A stretch of 63,049 nt of DNA, filler included, from Phoronis australis (lineage: Eukaryota; Animalia; Phoronida): assembly GCA_002633005.1 (NCBI GenBank). It is 9 parts of 9 records of this genome, joined end to end, with 100 filler letters (N's around TTAATTAATTAA, not from the genome) between each part and the next. Parts side by side here need not be neighbours in the genome. Positions count along the whole stretch, not along the records: positions 31,621 to 39,481 come from NMRA01001969.1; positions 39,582 to 44,679 come from NMRA01001733.1; positions 44,780 to 47,613 come from NMRA01003394.1; positions 47,714 to 51,701 come from NMRA01002755.1; 5 more parts are not named here. One strand, 5' to 3'. Under the pieces are notes generated by a model. It saw only the letters and a list, made by a program, of their open reading frames with translations, was not told the DNA's origin and made no database searches. Made by a program: the position numbers and the translations under genes. The first letter of the stretch is position 1. Every line of letters begins with the position of its first letter. Below are positions 38,118 to 51,048 of the stretch, piece by piece.

Positions 38118-39481
38118 TTTTTATTTGCCCTCTTATTTATATGTGGGACGGTGCGTATTGCCCTCATCTATCTCTGTGGGCGTCCGGCGTATGTTGCTGT
38201 ATGTGCTAAGCTTCTTATAGGATCTTAATGAGATTTGGTAGATGTGTTCGTATGAAGTGGACAGTTGACAACGAATTTGGTATCAATCTGACTGCTGCTG
38301 TGCCCCCTATTGGGAATTCTACTTTTTTATGTTTGTTTCTTTATCTTCGGAGTTCTTAAAAGGATTTTTTTTGAAATTTGGCAAATATGCTTTTATTAAG
38401 GAGACAACTTCACCTTTTCATTTTCAGATGAATTCAGTATATTCTGGGCCACCTGGCGACCAATTTTGTTACTTTTGAGTGGCAATTTCATTTTTTGTAT
38501 ACGCAACTATATCTCCTTAACCTCCTGCATACTTTAAGGTGGGCCTGTTTTTGTAAATGACTAATCGACTGCTGCTGTCATTCTAGTGGCAATTTCATTT
38601 TCTATGTGTCCATGCATTTTCAGAGTTCTTTGACAGATTGTCATGAAATTTGCCGACTAGACTTTTATTAAGAAGATAATGTACTCTTATTGGTTGGATT
38701 TGGTATATTCTGTGTCACCTAGACCTAGTGGCCATTTGCATTTTTCATGAATCCATTTTTTGGCGTCTGCTTCTATCTGCCAAATTCCTTACCCATAATG
38801 AGAATTGGCAGACGTGGTCCTGCTGAGAAGGCCACCGCTGATGTTTTTCAGACTGGTGCCTCCTAATGACAATTTTCCTTGCTTCTGTGGCTCTATTTCC
38901 TTAACCCCGTCCAGGATCTGTATGAAATTTGGCAAACTTTCTTCTACTAATGTGTCAACATATGCTGACATCTGATTACCATTGTGCCTCCTATTAACAA
39001 TTTCATTTTATTTTACTTCTGTATTATCAGAGGTGACCTCACCTTTCTGTTTTCAGGCGGATGAGAGGTATTGTGCACCAGTCAGAGGCCATTTTCATTA
39101 TTTTTGTTGTTTTTGCTGTGCTGCGTCTGTAGCTTGATCATTGAGAACATTGCCTGATAACAGCAAGACTGATGCTGACTTTCACATGGGTCTGACTGCT
39201 GCTGCGCCCCCTAGTGGCTGTATTTCCTAAACCTCGTGCAGGTTTTGGCACGTGTGTTCTCATAGACATAGCACATATGGCAAGTTATGGATCAGACTCC
39301 TGCTGTGCCTCTTATCGTAGTTTCTGTATCTGGAGTTATGTAGCACATTCCTATGAAATAGGAGAGACCATGAGATCTTCCATTTTTGGATGAGGTTGGG
39401 CATATTTTGCATTATCTGTTGGCCATTTTTATGATACCGATAAACATCCCTACGAGCATACCATTTGCGGTGTAGTCGTGA
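38118..39481 (+). mobile_element. Older copy of the Helentron-associated family (runs into gap)
   Basis: Same CCTAGTGGC/GAAATTTGGC blocks; the 3' region matches 34200-34300. Confidence 0.6.
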
Positions 39482-41217
39482 NNNNNNNNNNNNNNNNNNN
39501 NNNNNNNNNNNNNNNNNNNNNNNNNTTAATTAATTAANNNNNNNNNNNNNNNNNNNNNNNNNNNNNNNNNNNNNNNNNNNNCATATCTCCTCTGCACGGT
39601 ACAAGCCTTCAAACCTAAAAACCAAAGGTTACGTGAAAACTGACGTGATAGATTTCCATTTCAACGTGTAACAGATTGCCAGAAGACATATGATAGGGAG
39701 TAAACAAATAGTCTAATGCAATGGATATTTATCACTCACGTACCCTTTACCATTGGGATTGGATTGTAATCTTAACTCATTAACCTGTATCGAGTTGACA
39801 GCATAAACATTCAGCATTGATTGATGTAACTATCACTGATAAACTTTTAGAAATCATTCCAAACAATAATAATGCTTTGATGTACGAAAGATCCCGATTG
39901 CTACGTCAAGTATCGTATCACATATCACAACATATAAAGATTAACCAAACTCTGGCTGGCGACTGACTGCCGCGAAGTCGACATCGGCGAGTGCCTCAGT
40001 TAACAGGCATCGGTAGAATAATCATGGACTCATCGTAAAAATAATCACAAACCTTACCTTTGTATGAGGTCGTGCTTACTTCCTCTCATAGAAGCACCCT
40101 TTTTACGCAATCTCAGATTCAGTAGGCACGGCTGCAAGCCATTTCACCATGTATTTAAAGGGCTCGCGAAATCGAGGCTGTTAATCTATCACCACTAGTA
40201 CACGCACGCCCTCTAGTTATTGTAGATTTTCCGAATAGCCCCATTGGAATGACTGAATGTGATGACGTCTTTTTCATTAGTTTAACCAATAAGAAGCCAT
40301 AATTGGTAGCACTGTGAAAGAGTGTACACAATGAGCTGCACCGCAAGCATCACCTATCGGTCGTTCGCGGTAGGCTACTTAAAATTTGGCGACAGTCAAA
40401 TCGGAAATGGCGAGCTGAGATTTTACCCGAGTCGCCAATTGCGAGTTGGGCGTTTTCTGAACGTCGGGAGCTGAAATGTAAACTGTAGGCCTACTATCAG
40501 GTCTTAGCCTACATGTACGTACAATAAAAATGTTTGATTTCCTGAGTGGGATTCCGACGATACAGTGTATCGACCGTACTAGTCAACCACGGTTGAACAA
40601 CTTTAAACGAGCAATCCTCATGAGAAATAGTCTTTACAGGTCACTGACAAGAACAAACAACACAATAATTTACAAATGAACACGGTGACTTCTGCACTTT
40701 GGAAAAGTAAACCAAACCCAAGCTGGCCATCGTCAAATGCTTTTTTATAATTAACAATGTAACCAACAACTCCAAAGAATGCTGGGAAATATTATTAATA
40801 AACTCCGTGGCCATCAACAACAATATCAAGGTAATTCAACCACAACGGTCGGTAAACTTCCCTTTCTCCAAGAACGATGTCTCGAACATCATGGCTCAAC
40901 AAACCGATGTCAGCAATTAAATCCATGAAATTGGTCATGACTGCTTCAAAAATGAAGGCACAGCTCCCAGCATGCAGTATGATCAGAATGATTGCTATCG
41001 AGCTTTCCAAGCCTGTAACAAACCCGCGTATACATCTACTTGGAAACACGGAATTATGGTTCTTTTACCCGGAAATTTCTACCAATCGTCCACCTATTTG
41101 CAATGTCAAGGAATCATTTCTCAGCGTTTTCGCGAACAAAATAATTTGATTGACTGGCCAATTTGGATTTCTACCGGAAAACAGCACCGTATTGAAATAT
41201 AACATGAAATTTCAGTT

Positions 41218-41374
41218 CAGTGACGGATTTAAGGGGGAGGGGGGCATCATGGCCACCTAAATTTTTTCCAGATTCCACGTGGCAGTTCTTGAGTGCGATT
41301 ATCTCAAGACGGGCAAAATCCTGACTAATACTCTGCCCAGGCCCCTCTAACTCAAAATCCTGGACCTGCCCCTG
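41218..41374. mobile_element. MITE, same family as 10188-10342 and 49239-49404 (inverted)
   Basis: CAGTGACGGATTTAAG ... AAAATCCTGGACCTGCCCCTG. Confidence 0.65.
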
Positions 41375-41397
41375 GATTTATACACTTACACTTATAT

Positions 41398-42410
41398 CTA
41401 GAAGGGTGAGAGTGTAAGGTCCATCGTTTTAGATATAGCTGCTGCTTTAGATTGAGTCCCTCACGACCATCTACTCCACAATCTTCAATTCCAAGGCATA
41501 ACTGGATATCTTCTAAAATCATCACCTCTAATCTCTCTGGCCGTACATACAGTTTAAGTGTTGATTGTGTTTTTCTACATCATTCCCTTCTGGATTCGTA
41601 GACGCAGGATAACGTTTTAGAACCTTCTCTCTTCCGGATATATGTTAATGGCCTTCTTAATAACCAGTGTCTTTTAGTACATACCTTTATGCAGATGGCA
41701 GGGAACTATAAATTCATTTTCAGGAGACAGTCCTGAGATTTCGATGTAACTACAACCCGACTTGTATAAACATAGCATTTGGTCAGACACAATAATGAAG
41801 AATAAATTTTAAACCGCGGCACAAAAAGTATCTAGCTCACCTTCTCCAAATCTAATAATTCTCTCTTCGTTCTGGATTCACTCCATGACCTCAAACCTAA
41901 TGATGGAATTATTTATAAAAACTTCTGCACAAGAAATTTGGAATGTTAGGTGAAAAACGCTCCTTTACACAACACCGGACTAGTACAAAAAATCAGAAAA
42001 TAGTTGGTCCACTTAGCTTGCCTCTACCATTTGAACTCCAAGTATGTAGAACTCGTATGTACTCTCACACCTCTATCATTGTGTTGTTCCAGTACACCAG
42101 GGTGCGCTTCTGCAACTGGAGAATCTACTGTACAATGTCACGTTTTCTTACTCGCAACAGGAGCTTAAGAGGATTTAATAGCTTCAAGGATTTTTAAATA
42201 GTCTCAACTGACCGAAACTGTCTAGTCGAGACAATCTTCACCTGTGTGTTTTGTATTTCGTATGCATTAAATATTGATCTATTGATCATTTTAAAAATTA
42301 ACATTCTTTGTTCGTACATGTAGCAGAGATCAATACAAGATCATTTGTACGCTGTATAAACCATCCAAGCTTTTAGGCTTGCCTGTCCAAATAGCCTGGT
42401 ACCAAAATAT
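41398..42410 (+). mobile_element. Degenerate CR1-like non-LTR retrotransposon 3' fragment (reverse transcriptase)
   Basis: IVLDIAAALD*VPHDHLLHNLQFQGITG, Q.NVLEPSLFRIYVNGL and LYADG (YADD) RT motifs, with stops and frameshifts. Confidence 0.7.
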
Positions 42411-42484
42411 AAAAGCAAAATTATTCATCCTAACATTTATACGAATTCACAGAGTAATCAATACTTGAAGAGGAGCGCAAATGG

Positions 42485-43383
42485 AAACTAGAAAGATTAT
42501 TGCCACGGCGAGACAATAACGGACTCTGCGCGTGCGTATTACTGGAATTATTATGGACAGTTACTGACAGCAACCCGTTTACCAATATGAAAAGGAATTC
42601 TTTAAAATTGTACGAGAAATTACATATTAATTTTTTGATGACCTTTACACTAATTGACCTCTTTCGGTGCATTATGAGCCCCGATGGATGAGGGAGTAAT
42701 TGTTAACTCGATTAAAAGTGTGGTTAATGCTAAAAATCACCGATGTTTTACTTTAAGCACTTCAGAGTACAAGATGAATGAGTTGGTCACTTTCAGAAGA
42801 AAAATTCACCTAATGACCCCATGGGTGCACAAGATGACCTGAAAATTTAGAATTCAAAATCAATCGCACTTAGTAAACAGATATGTAATTTTGAAGTCTC
42901 TAGCTCAATTTGAAGTGTCTAGCTCAAAATTTTAGTTTGCACCTAATGACCTTTGACCTATTTCACCTGATGGGATGACCCGATTACTTAGAAAAGTAAT
43001 TTTTTAAATTGCCTTATTGACTTATACCTGTGCACCGAATTTGAAAAAGATAGCTTTTAAAATAAAGAAGGAGTAGCATTTTGAAAATTACATAACCTTT
43101 GCACCAAATGACCTCTTCCGGTGCATTATTGAATATGAATATATAACGAATCAAAATTGATATACTGCCTAAAATCATATGTTAAATTTGAAGAACATAC
43201 CTGCAACCATTTTGGAGTTATTAAGTGTCAAAGTTGGTCGGAAGAAGAATAAGAAGAATAAGAATAAGAATAAAATTGAAGAAAACCCAGGAACAACAGT
43301 ACTCTGAGCTTACACGCGCAGAGTAATAAAATTGAAGAAAGCCCAGGAACAACAGTACTCTGCGCTTACAAGCGCAGAGTAAT
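42485..43383 (-). mobile_element. Second Helentron-associated family element with a duplicated terminus
   Basis: AAACTAG + TTATTG..CAATAA stem-loop + ACTCTGCGCG subTIR; other end has (AAGAAT)n and ACTCTGCGCTT..GCGCAGAGTAAT present twice. Confidence 0.6.
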
Positions 43384-44105
43384 AACTCCTTGTGGACGTC
43401 CAAGCGATCAGTGTTAACGTGTAAGGGTGTTACGAAGCGCCAAAGGGTTCCTAAAATGTGCGCACCCAGCCTAAAATATAGGGGCTCCAATTTTTAACCA
43501 CAATGCGTGCGCAGTAAACTTGAAACGTCCTTATTTTCGGGACACTATGTTTTACGAAGAGTAGAAGTTGATTTACACCGCTATGAGCGATTCCCATGTT
43601 TAACAATAGACCTAGTCTAGGAATTTCATTATTTTTTAATAATGCATTTCATCAACAAAAGTATATACACAAAAGATCGTACCCTTTACATTACAACCCG
43701 GAAATAGAATTAACATTACACCCGAGGAAAATTGTACAAATATATTATAAGCTCATACAATGGATAACGATGTAGTTATACAAACTGGTGCACGCGCAAT
43801 TATTCTTATGTTCATGGCCCAGGGTATAATCTTTGCACTCGAAATAATTTTGAGCGTTTTCTATTTTATTTTGAGCGAACTCAAGATAGGTGTCTATTAT
43901 TCTGCACTCGAGTCTGTCCTTACATGTATGCTTACGAGTTTCTAGACAAAGCCTAAGTTTGCACTTGGCGACCTCTAGAGTCGCGCTACAAACTCGAGCA
44001 AAAACTCGAGACTTTGAGTAGGAAGTCGAAATGTCGAGTTCAGACTCGAACTTGTAGCCTTTAGATACATACATATGTACATACACACATACATTCATAC
44101 AAAAC

Positions 44106-44150
44106 GTGTGTGTGTGTGTGTGTGTGTGCGTGTGCGTGTGTGTGTGTGTT
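44106..44150. repeat. (TG)n microsatellite
   Basis: Directly visible. Confidence 0.95.
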
Positions 44151-44439
44151 TGTTTGCGCCGTTGTATCTGCGTGTGTGTTTGTATGAAAATTTGTAATTA
44201 TTTGGGTTGATGCCCAGGTGTAATGCTTTCTAGCGCTTTCTGGGCTTAACTCTTATTATTCACATTTGGTACAATGTATTTTCGTAGTAAACATTAAAAA
44301 AGTAAGTGCATACTAGAGTTACACACTTATCCAAGTAGGCAGTTATGTACTAGAGCAAAGAATAACGGGCACTTGTCTTCGCACCAGTGTAGATTAGCAA
44401 ATGGCAAATATAATTTTGAATTCAATTTCGAGTAAAAAC

Positions 44440-44679
44440 ATCAGGGCCCGCTCATAGGAAGATGTCAGCAATGACAGACATCGCGTACAATGTCTGCAAG
44501 GATAGATTTGGAGTGATTGAGAAGCAGAAAGCCAACGAGCAACCAGCAGGGCCCAGTCGAAAATAAAGGAAAAAAGTGACATCCGGGCAGAACTAAGACA
44601 CCTTACCCAGGTCTGGAAGAATGCTGACGACCAGGAGCAGGAAGACTTAGCGGCGTTGCGTGAGGAACTGAGGGACAGT
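44440..44679 (+). mobile_element. Fragment of a Hero/NeSL-like non-LTR retrotransposon ORF (pre-RT region)
   Basis: MSAMTDIAYNVCKDRFGVIEK..GPSR, then (frameshifted) DIRAELRHLTQVWKNADDQEQEDLAALREELRD, a helical motif seen upstream of RT in such elements. Confidence 0.5.
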
Positions 44680-46681
44680 NNNNNNNNNNNNNNNNNNNNN
44701 NNNNNNNNNNNNNNNNNNNNNNNTTAATTAATTAANNNNNNNNNNNNNNNNNNNNNNNNNNNNNNNNNNNNNNNNNNNNCTTATTGTCCGACTTATATTA
44801 TACTTTCAGCTTTGAATTCCTACTCAGTGATAGTAACAATGGGCAATCTGTGAAATCAGTCAAAACATGGCTGTAGTCGGCGCATGCTGCATATATTGAT
44901 TCCCGTATAATAGGAGGGAGGCAGGCTGACATTCAACGCTTTAATAATTGAATAAGTGACATTTAATAATTAAGTTCATCAAAAGCTTGCCTCTATGAGA
45001 CGTAAGTACATGTATATGTAACGTAGAATTATATACCCACTGCACGCATTAACGTTTGTACAGTAGTTTTCAAACGAAACTGGGCGTTTCGTTACTCAAA
45101 TCCGCACTTACGAATTCAGTTCTTTTCGACTAAAATGTGTTTCAATTATGGCTCAATTTTAACAAAATCTCCACATGTGTTGCTCTATGCACATTGTCGA
45201 AATCGCGAAAATTTTCCGAGTCACTAGTCTATTCGTGAACAATTATAGCTGGGCACGATAACGCCATGTTACACTCCGACAAAAGTTCGATGAAAAGACT
45301 ATTTTATTAAAAAAACTATACCATATAATTCTGTAAAACGTTGACAGACTCTGCTTCTGTCGACGTCTGTCTAGCTCATTTTGAAAACAACTGTGTATAG
45401 GGTAACTATCTACTTATCTAAAATATGCCTGGGTTGAATTTGAACTATCGGTGACAACAGATGGCGGTAGATTTCAAAATTTAAAGCGGTATTTGAACTG
45501 TATGCTCATAAAATCGCATCCGGGCAATATCGAGACGTCCTTTTGGCCGTGTTCATAGAAATGAGGAGAAAGCTGCAGCTTGCAGGAAATGGTCACATCT
45601 TGTCTTGAATTCAATCCTCTTATTTCTTGAAAGTAGAAAAGCGCGTTGATCAGCTGTCCTAGTTTTCTAAATCTTTCAGTTGGGACGAAAAGAAATAAAC
45701 AATAAATCGCATCCTACCCAGCTTATCAACTTTTAATACCAAATGTCGAAATGATAGAAGCCAATAGCGGTTTGCATGGTAGCGCTGCATTGTGAGCAAA
45801 TATTTTAAAATAATAGTTGTCACTGACATTTTTCGAGATATAGTCTTTCAACAGTTCTGCAACACTAATACGTTACATCGTTTGTTTTTCAACGTTATAC
45901 AATAACTCACGAGCACTAATAGGAAAACAAAGAAAATCGATGAAAATGACGTCGTTGCATCACTCCACAGATGTAGACTCGAGCATGAAACCTTACTCAG
46001 CTGGACATTGACTGGCGTGTACGATAAGGAGACTAAATCGCACCGATTCGGGTCTGGTACACGTAGCAACCGATACCCTTTTGAAGAGATGTTGATTTTT
46101 TGATAGGATCCTCAGATGATTGTATCTGACTGTGTCTTGCTTAAAGCCTACGTATTTTTGTTATTTTAGATGCATTTTGTTACTCAATCAAAGCAATACA
46201 TAAGAAAACACGATTTAATTATTGAAATCAATTAGCTATAAAAGGCTCGTAAAATGATGCCCCCATATTGCGTCACTGCAGTGGCCTACATGTAGGACAG
46301 GGGACGAAAAAGCAAGACTTCGGGAGATTACGTGAGACATTGACGTGAATTTTGAATGAGAGCAGGTGACTTTGAATAGGTTTTAGCTAAGTCCTAGCGT
46401 TACTGAAAGCACGCCAGGATTCTCATGGTGGCGTAGGCGGATGTAAGTCTGCGCCGTTCACTATAAATGATGTAGTTCGTTGATCAAATTTTGATGTTAA
46501 ATGTAAGGGAATAAATTAACGTTCAAGGTAAGCTTGAATTAACAACCTTGGAACCATATGTGTTTACATAGACCTACGTCTTGTTGCACTGTACGCATAT
46601 TATCAATTTCCTTAAGTTACTTGTCCGTTTACTAACACAAATGCCCGCTAAACTAGAATGCAATAAAAACCCTTTTATTTG

Positions 46682-46779
46682 CCCACCGTGTATAGATATA
46701 TCTACTTATGGTCCCACCGTGTATAGATATATCTACTTATGGTCCCACCGTGTATAGATATATCTACTTGTGGTCCCAC
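46682..46779 (+). repeat. 31-bp tandem repeat x3
   Basis: CCCACCGTGTATAGATATATCTACTTATGGT. Confidence 0.95.
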
Positions 46780-49238
46780 TGTTTTCACACCTTATCCTTG
46801 AAACAAATGCTGCTCTCATGAATCTTGCTGTGGCGCTTCTGTTTCAACTCTCCGTGATAACATTACGAGGTATATCATGTTTGATTATCCTCTCGTTAGC
46901 TATAAGTACCTTTGAAAGCATTCTGTGAGCGAGACACCTGCCCCTTTAAATTATTAGATTTTATCTGTAATTTGATTTTACGTGACCTTGTCTGATTGAA
47001 TTATTAATTTGTCAATATAACCTCTGCAATAAATGCCACGTGACGTCAAAATCCGGCTAAAGTTTTATTTTCTGTAACTCCGTGAAGTTGTTTAATGTAT
47101 AAAAGTGCATTTCGATTAATCCAATATTTACTTTCAGCGTAAAAAGGAAATAATACCCAATTGTGTCAAATTCACTGAAATGGTTGATTTTTTGCGTGTC
47201 ATGGAATTGATAGCGGTGTTCTTGCTGTTTTCTTGAAAACAAAGTCCTGTACATCTCTCTTACAACTGGATGAGTTTTAGCATGGAAAGGAATCTGCTGC
47301 ATTGAAGAAACAGTTGTCATCATACAAAACTAAATGGGTTTTTAATTTCGAAAAACTGTTCACACTCCGTATCCATAACTTGCTTTTTTCGCGATGCTCC
47401 GACAATTCTTGTCATTCCTATTATCTCTCGAGTGACCATTTGATGACTAAATGAGGTTGGTATACTTTGTTCTCAACAACCAAAAATCTTTCTGGCACAA
47501 AACGTACTTGTGAATGTTTGCTTGCTGAGTAATCCAACGAATGTCATGTGGTGGCAGGTCCAAAAAGGAAATCTTGTTTAATAAGGGTGGTGGTGGTGGT
47601 GATGGTGGTGGTGNNNNNNNNNNNNNNNNNNNNNNNNNNNNNNNNNNNNNNNNNNNNTTAATTAATTAANNNNNNNNNNNNNNNNNNNNNNNNNNNNNNN
47701 NNNNNNNNNNNNNAACAACGTGACGCGTGATAATGCTACGTCATTGTTTTTATACGGCGTATAACTCTTATGCAACTGGGCCCATAGACGCTATTCACGC
47801 CAACAGGAGTCGCGTTCCAAAACGAGGCTCGCTACGATAGCTCTGGTGGCTTATCCGCCTAGTTGTATTCCGCGTTGCTCGAACCTCTAGAAAAAATACG
47901 GACACTCTCTGTTTTACAATCCCTAAGGACATTGGGATTCGGAAGCGTTGGGTCCTTGCCATACGCCGCGACGAAGGAAAATATGTCCGTGTAAAATCTA
48001 TAACTATTTTCGAATCGGAATTTGTCGCATTTCGGACTGGATGCCGCCATAGCAACGAGGACCGGGGATTCTTCGGCCAGCCAGGCTGCGTTTTCATGAC
48101 TATGTGTTGAAGCGCGATGCATTTTTCGTTACAAAAAGGATAGGGCCCTCAATCCCTCAATTTTGGGGCCAAATATCTCTCCTATTCCCCTCTCAAAAAT
48201 ATTGAAAAATCACGCGAAATTCCCGGCCACGAGGCCTTAAAATCCCCTTTGTGATTGAAAATTTCTCTCCAACGGTTCAAATCACCTGTGACCACAGAGG
48301 TGACAATTTGAAAAAGTACAAAATCATAGGCGGATTTAGGGGGAGGGCGGGCAGGGACCTGCCCCCCCTTNNNNNNNNNNNNNNNNNNNNNNNNNNNNNN
48401 NNNNNNNNNNNNNNNNNNNNNNNNNNNNNNNNNNNNNNNNNNNNNNNNNNNNNNNNNNNNNNNNNNNNNNNNNNNNNNNNNNNNNNNNNNNNNNNNNNNN
48501 NNNNNNNNNNNNNNNNNNNNNNNNNNNNNNNNNNNNNNNNNNNNNNNNNNNNNNNNNNNNNNNNNNNNNNNNNNNNNNNNNNNNNNNNNNNNNNNNNNNN
48601 NNNNNNNNNNNNNNNNNNNNNNNNNNNNNNNNNNNNNNNNNNNNNNNNNNNNNNNNNNNNNNNNNNNNNNNNNNNNNNNNNNNNNNNNNNNNNNNNNNNN
48701 NNNNNNNNNNNNNNNNNNNNNNNNNNNNNNNNNNNNNNNNNNNNNNNNNNNNNNNNNNNNNNNNNNNNNNNNNNNNNNNNNNNNNNNNNNNNNNNNNNNN
48801 NNNNNNNNNNNNNNNNNNNNNNNNNNNNNNNNNNNNNNNNNNNNNNNNNNNNNNNNNNNNNNNNNNNNNNNNNNNNNNNNNNNNNNNNNNNNNNNNNNNN
48901 NNNNNNNNNNNNNNNNNNNNNNNNNNNNNNNNNNNNNNNNNNNNNNNNNNNNNNNNNNNNNNNNNNNNNNNNNNNNNNNNNNNNNNNNNNNNNNNNNNNN
49001 NNNNNNNNNNNNNNNNNNNNNNNNNNNNNNNNNNNNNNNNNNNNNNNNNNNNNNNNNNNNNNNNNNNNNNNNNNNNNNNNNNNNNNNNNNNNNNNNNNNN
49101 NNNNNNNNNNNNNNNNNNNNNNNNNNNNNNNNNNNNNNNNNNNNNNNNNNNNNNNNNNNNNNNNNNNNNNNNNNNNNNNNNNNNNNNNNNNNNNNNNNNA
49201 ACGAGGCCTCTGAAGAAACATGATAACTATGCTTGTTC

Positions 49239-49404
49239 CAGGGGGATCCAGGACTTTCAGTTGGAGGGGGGCAAGGCAGAGTATTAGCCAGGATTTTGCC
49301 CGTCAGAAATTGCGCTCCTGAACTGCCAAATGGAATCTGGGAGAATTTTAGGGGGGGCTCCTAGTGGGGCATAGCCCCTTGGCTCCCCTCTAAATCCGCC
49401 TCTG
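49239..49404. mobile_element. MITE with 5-bp TSD
   Basis: CAGGGGGATCCAGG ... TAAATCCGCCTCTG flanked by TGTTC/TGTTC. Confidence 0.75.
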
Positions 49405-50299
49405 TGTTCTGTCCTGTTAATTGAAATTGAGCTCTAAAACGAGGTTATGCTTTGGACGAAATAATTAGGTGTTTTAATTTTAAAATTCAACTTGGTCCAG
49501 ATTGATATTTGAAAAATATAACACATGAAATAGACGTAATTATTAAAACCAAGAAAGCAGAATTGATGGTCATATAATTTTTATTTTCAAGTGCGAGCCT
49601 AGTTTTTTATCGTAATCAAAATATATATTTAATAACATCAAGTATTATTTCAGATCATTGACAAATCAACTGTTAGTCCCGGTAGTGTCTACCTCACCAG
49701 GACCTAGGCTATGCTTGAAGATAATACTCTTGATCAACAAATTAAACCAGATGAGACTAATTGCACATGACAGCAAAATGCTATGAGCCACCACTGTCGA
49801 ATATATCTTCAACTCGTCAACAATACGACCAGATGACTTGGTTCGTGTAGAAAGCATTTTTATCAAGAATTTATTAGAAGAAACGTAACCCTGCATTCTG
49901 CATGATACCTAATCCGTAACACTACGATCGCTGCAATTTGGTCAGGTTTACTTTTCATGTTTCGAACTTAGTTTTCCGGAAAAAAAACTAAATCCTTTCT
50001 TCAGACAACTCTTTGGTGCATTGACTTGCTCTTTAACTGTATTTTTCTACGTCTCTGTGGTTAATTATTGACATATTTTAAGATTTAATATTCTGGTTGG
50101 ACTCCAAAGACCGACCATTTAACTTACGCAATGTAAATTTCCGCTTTGTTTATCGCAGTGAGCCTCGCTTTGAATTTTAATGTCCGCCGCGTGAATAGAG
50201 TCTATGTACATGTAGGCTGAATAGAAATGAGTGCCCCTTATTAGCAGAGTAATTTGTCATTTTACTCCATCACGCTTGTTGCAGTCTTTGTAAACACAG

Positions 50300-50536
50300 C
50301 AAGCGTTGCTACTTTGGCACTGTTGTTGGCTTTGTTGTGCCGTCCCAGCGGTGTCAAGGCATCGAAAAACAGAGACGGCGGCTGGACGTTGTGGACACCG
50401 TGGAAGTGCTGTAACAGTACGAGTGTCAGAAGGAGGTTCTGCAGTAATCCTATACCGGTGGGCACAGGGAAGAAATGTGGCGGAGACACCAAGGAAACCA
50501 AAATCTGCGATAAAGATCATTCCTCATGCAAACAAG
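50300..50536 (+). CDS. Exon: hydrophobic signal-like segment + thrombospondin type-1 repeat
   Basis: acacag| acceptor (5' boundary uncertain) and AAG|gtgagc donor; ATLALLLALLC..DGGWTLWTPWKCCNSTSVRRRFCSNPIPVGTGKKCGGDTKETKIC. Confidence 0.75.
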
Positions 50537-50851
50537 GTGAGCTACTGTACTTCCGGGTTTTGGACCACGTTCATTCGGTACTGACACCATTTTGCTAAAC
50601 TACCGTAAATAAACCCACCTGTTTGCACATGTATTTACGCTGTTCACCAACATTTTGGGCAAATCCTAATCAATTCTAAAATAAACACCACATCTTTTGA
50701 AAACTTTAATTGTTCTTCGAAAATAGTTGTGCAAAACAAATGCGATATTTATTTTTTTCCGATTCTTGATCCCGCTGATTCAATCACCAGCCAGATGGAG
50801 CTCAACGGTACACGCATAATTAATGCAAAGAAACGCTGTTCAATGTCTCAG

Positions 50852-51048
50852 TCATCGATGACAATGCAGTAATATTTGCGAAGCGAATGAAAGGTGTCTA
50901 TCCACTGATCATCGCTCATGGAATAGATGACTCGCCATACAATCGTGAACATAGAACTCAGTTGCCAGCAGCAGTTTTCAGATCGAAAATTTACGCCCAG
51001 TCCGAAGGACATTTGACTAAAGTCGACCTGTACAGCAAACGTTTTCAT
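50852..51048 (+). CDS. Probable next exon of the TSP1 gene (possibly beta-propeller-like)
   Basis: tctcag| phase-1 acceptor compatible with the previous exon; open frame IDDNAVIFAKRMKGVYPLII..LTKVDLYSKRFH; CAT|gtacgt donor. Confidence 0.55.

Noticed and set aside
40640-41202. Coding-like stretches (also 14906-15350, 32100-32610, 49654-49885, 56700-56990)
   Set aside because: Multiple stops and no family recognised; possibly old relics, but not supportable.
45995-46130. Possible LRRCT-like exon on - (ATCTRPESVRFSLL..C|gtaagg)
   Set aside because: No NPxxCxC motif or neighbouring LRR exons; too weak.
48251-49221. 320-aa and 314-aa ORFs
   Set aside because: Almost entirely N gap.
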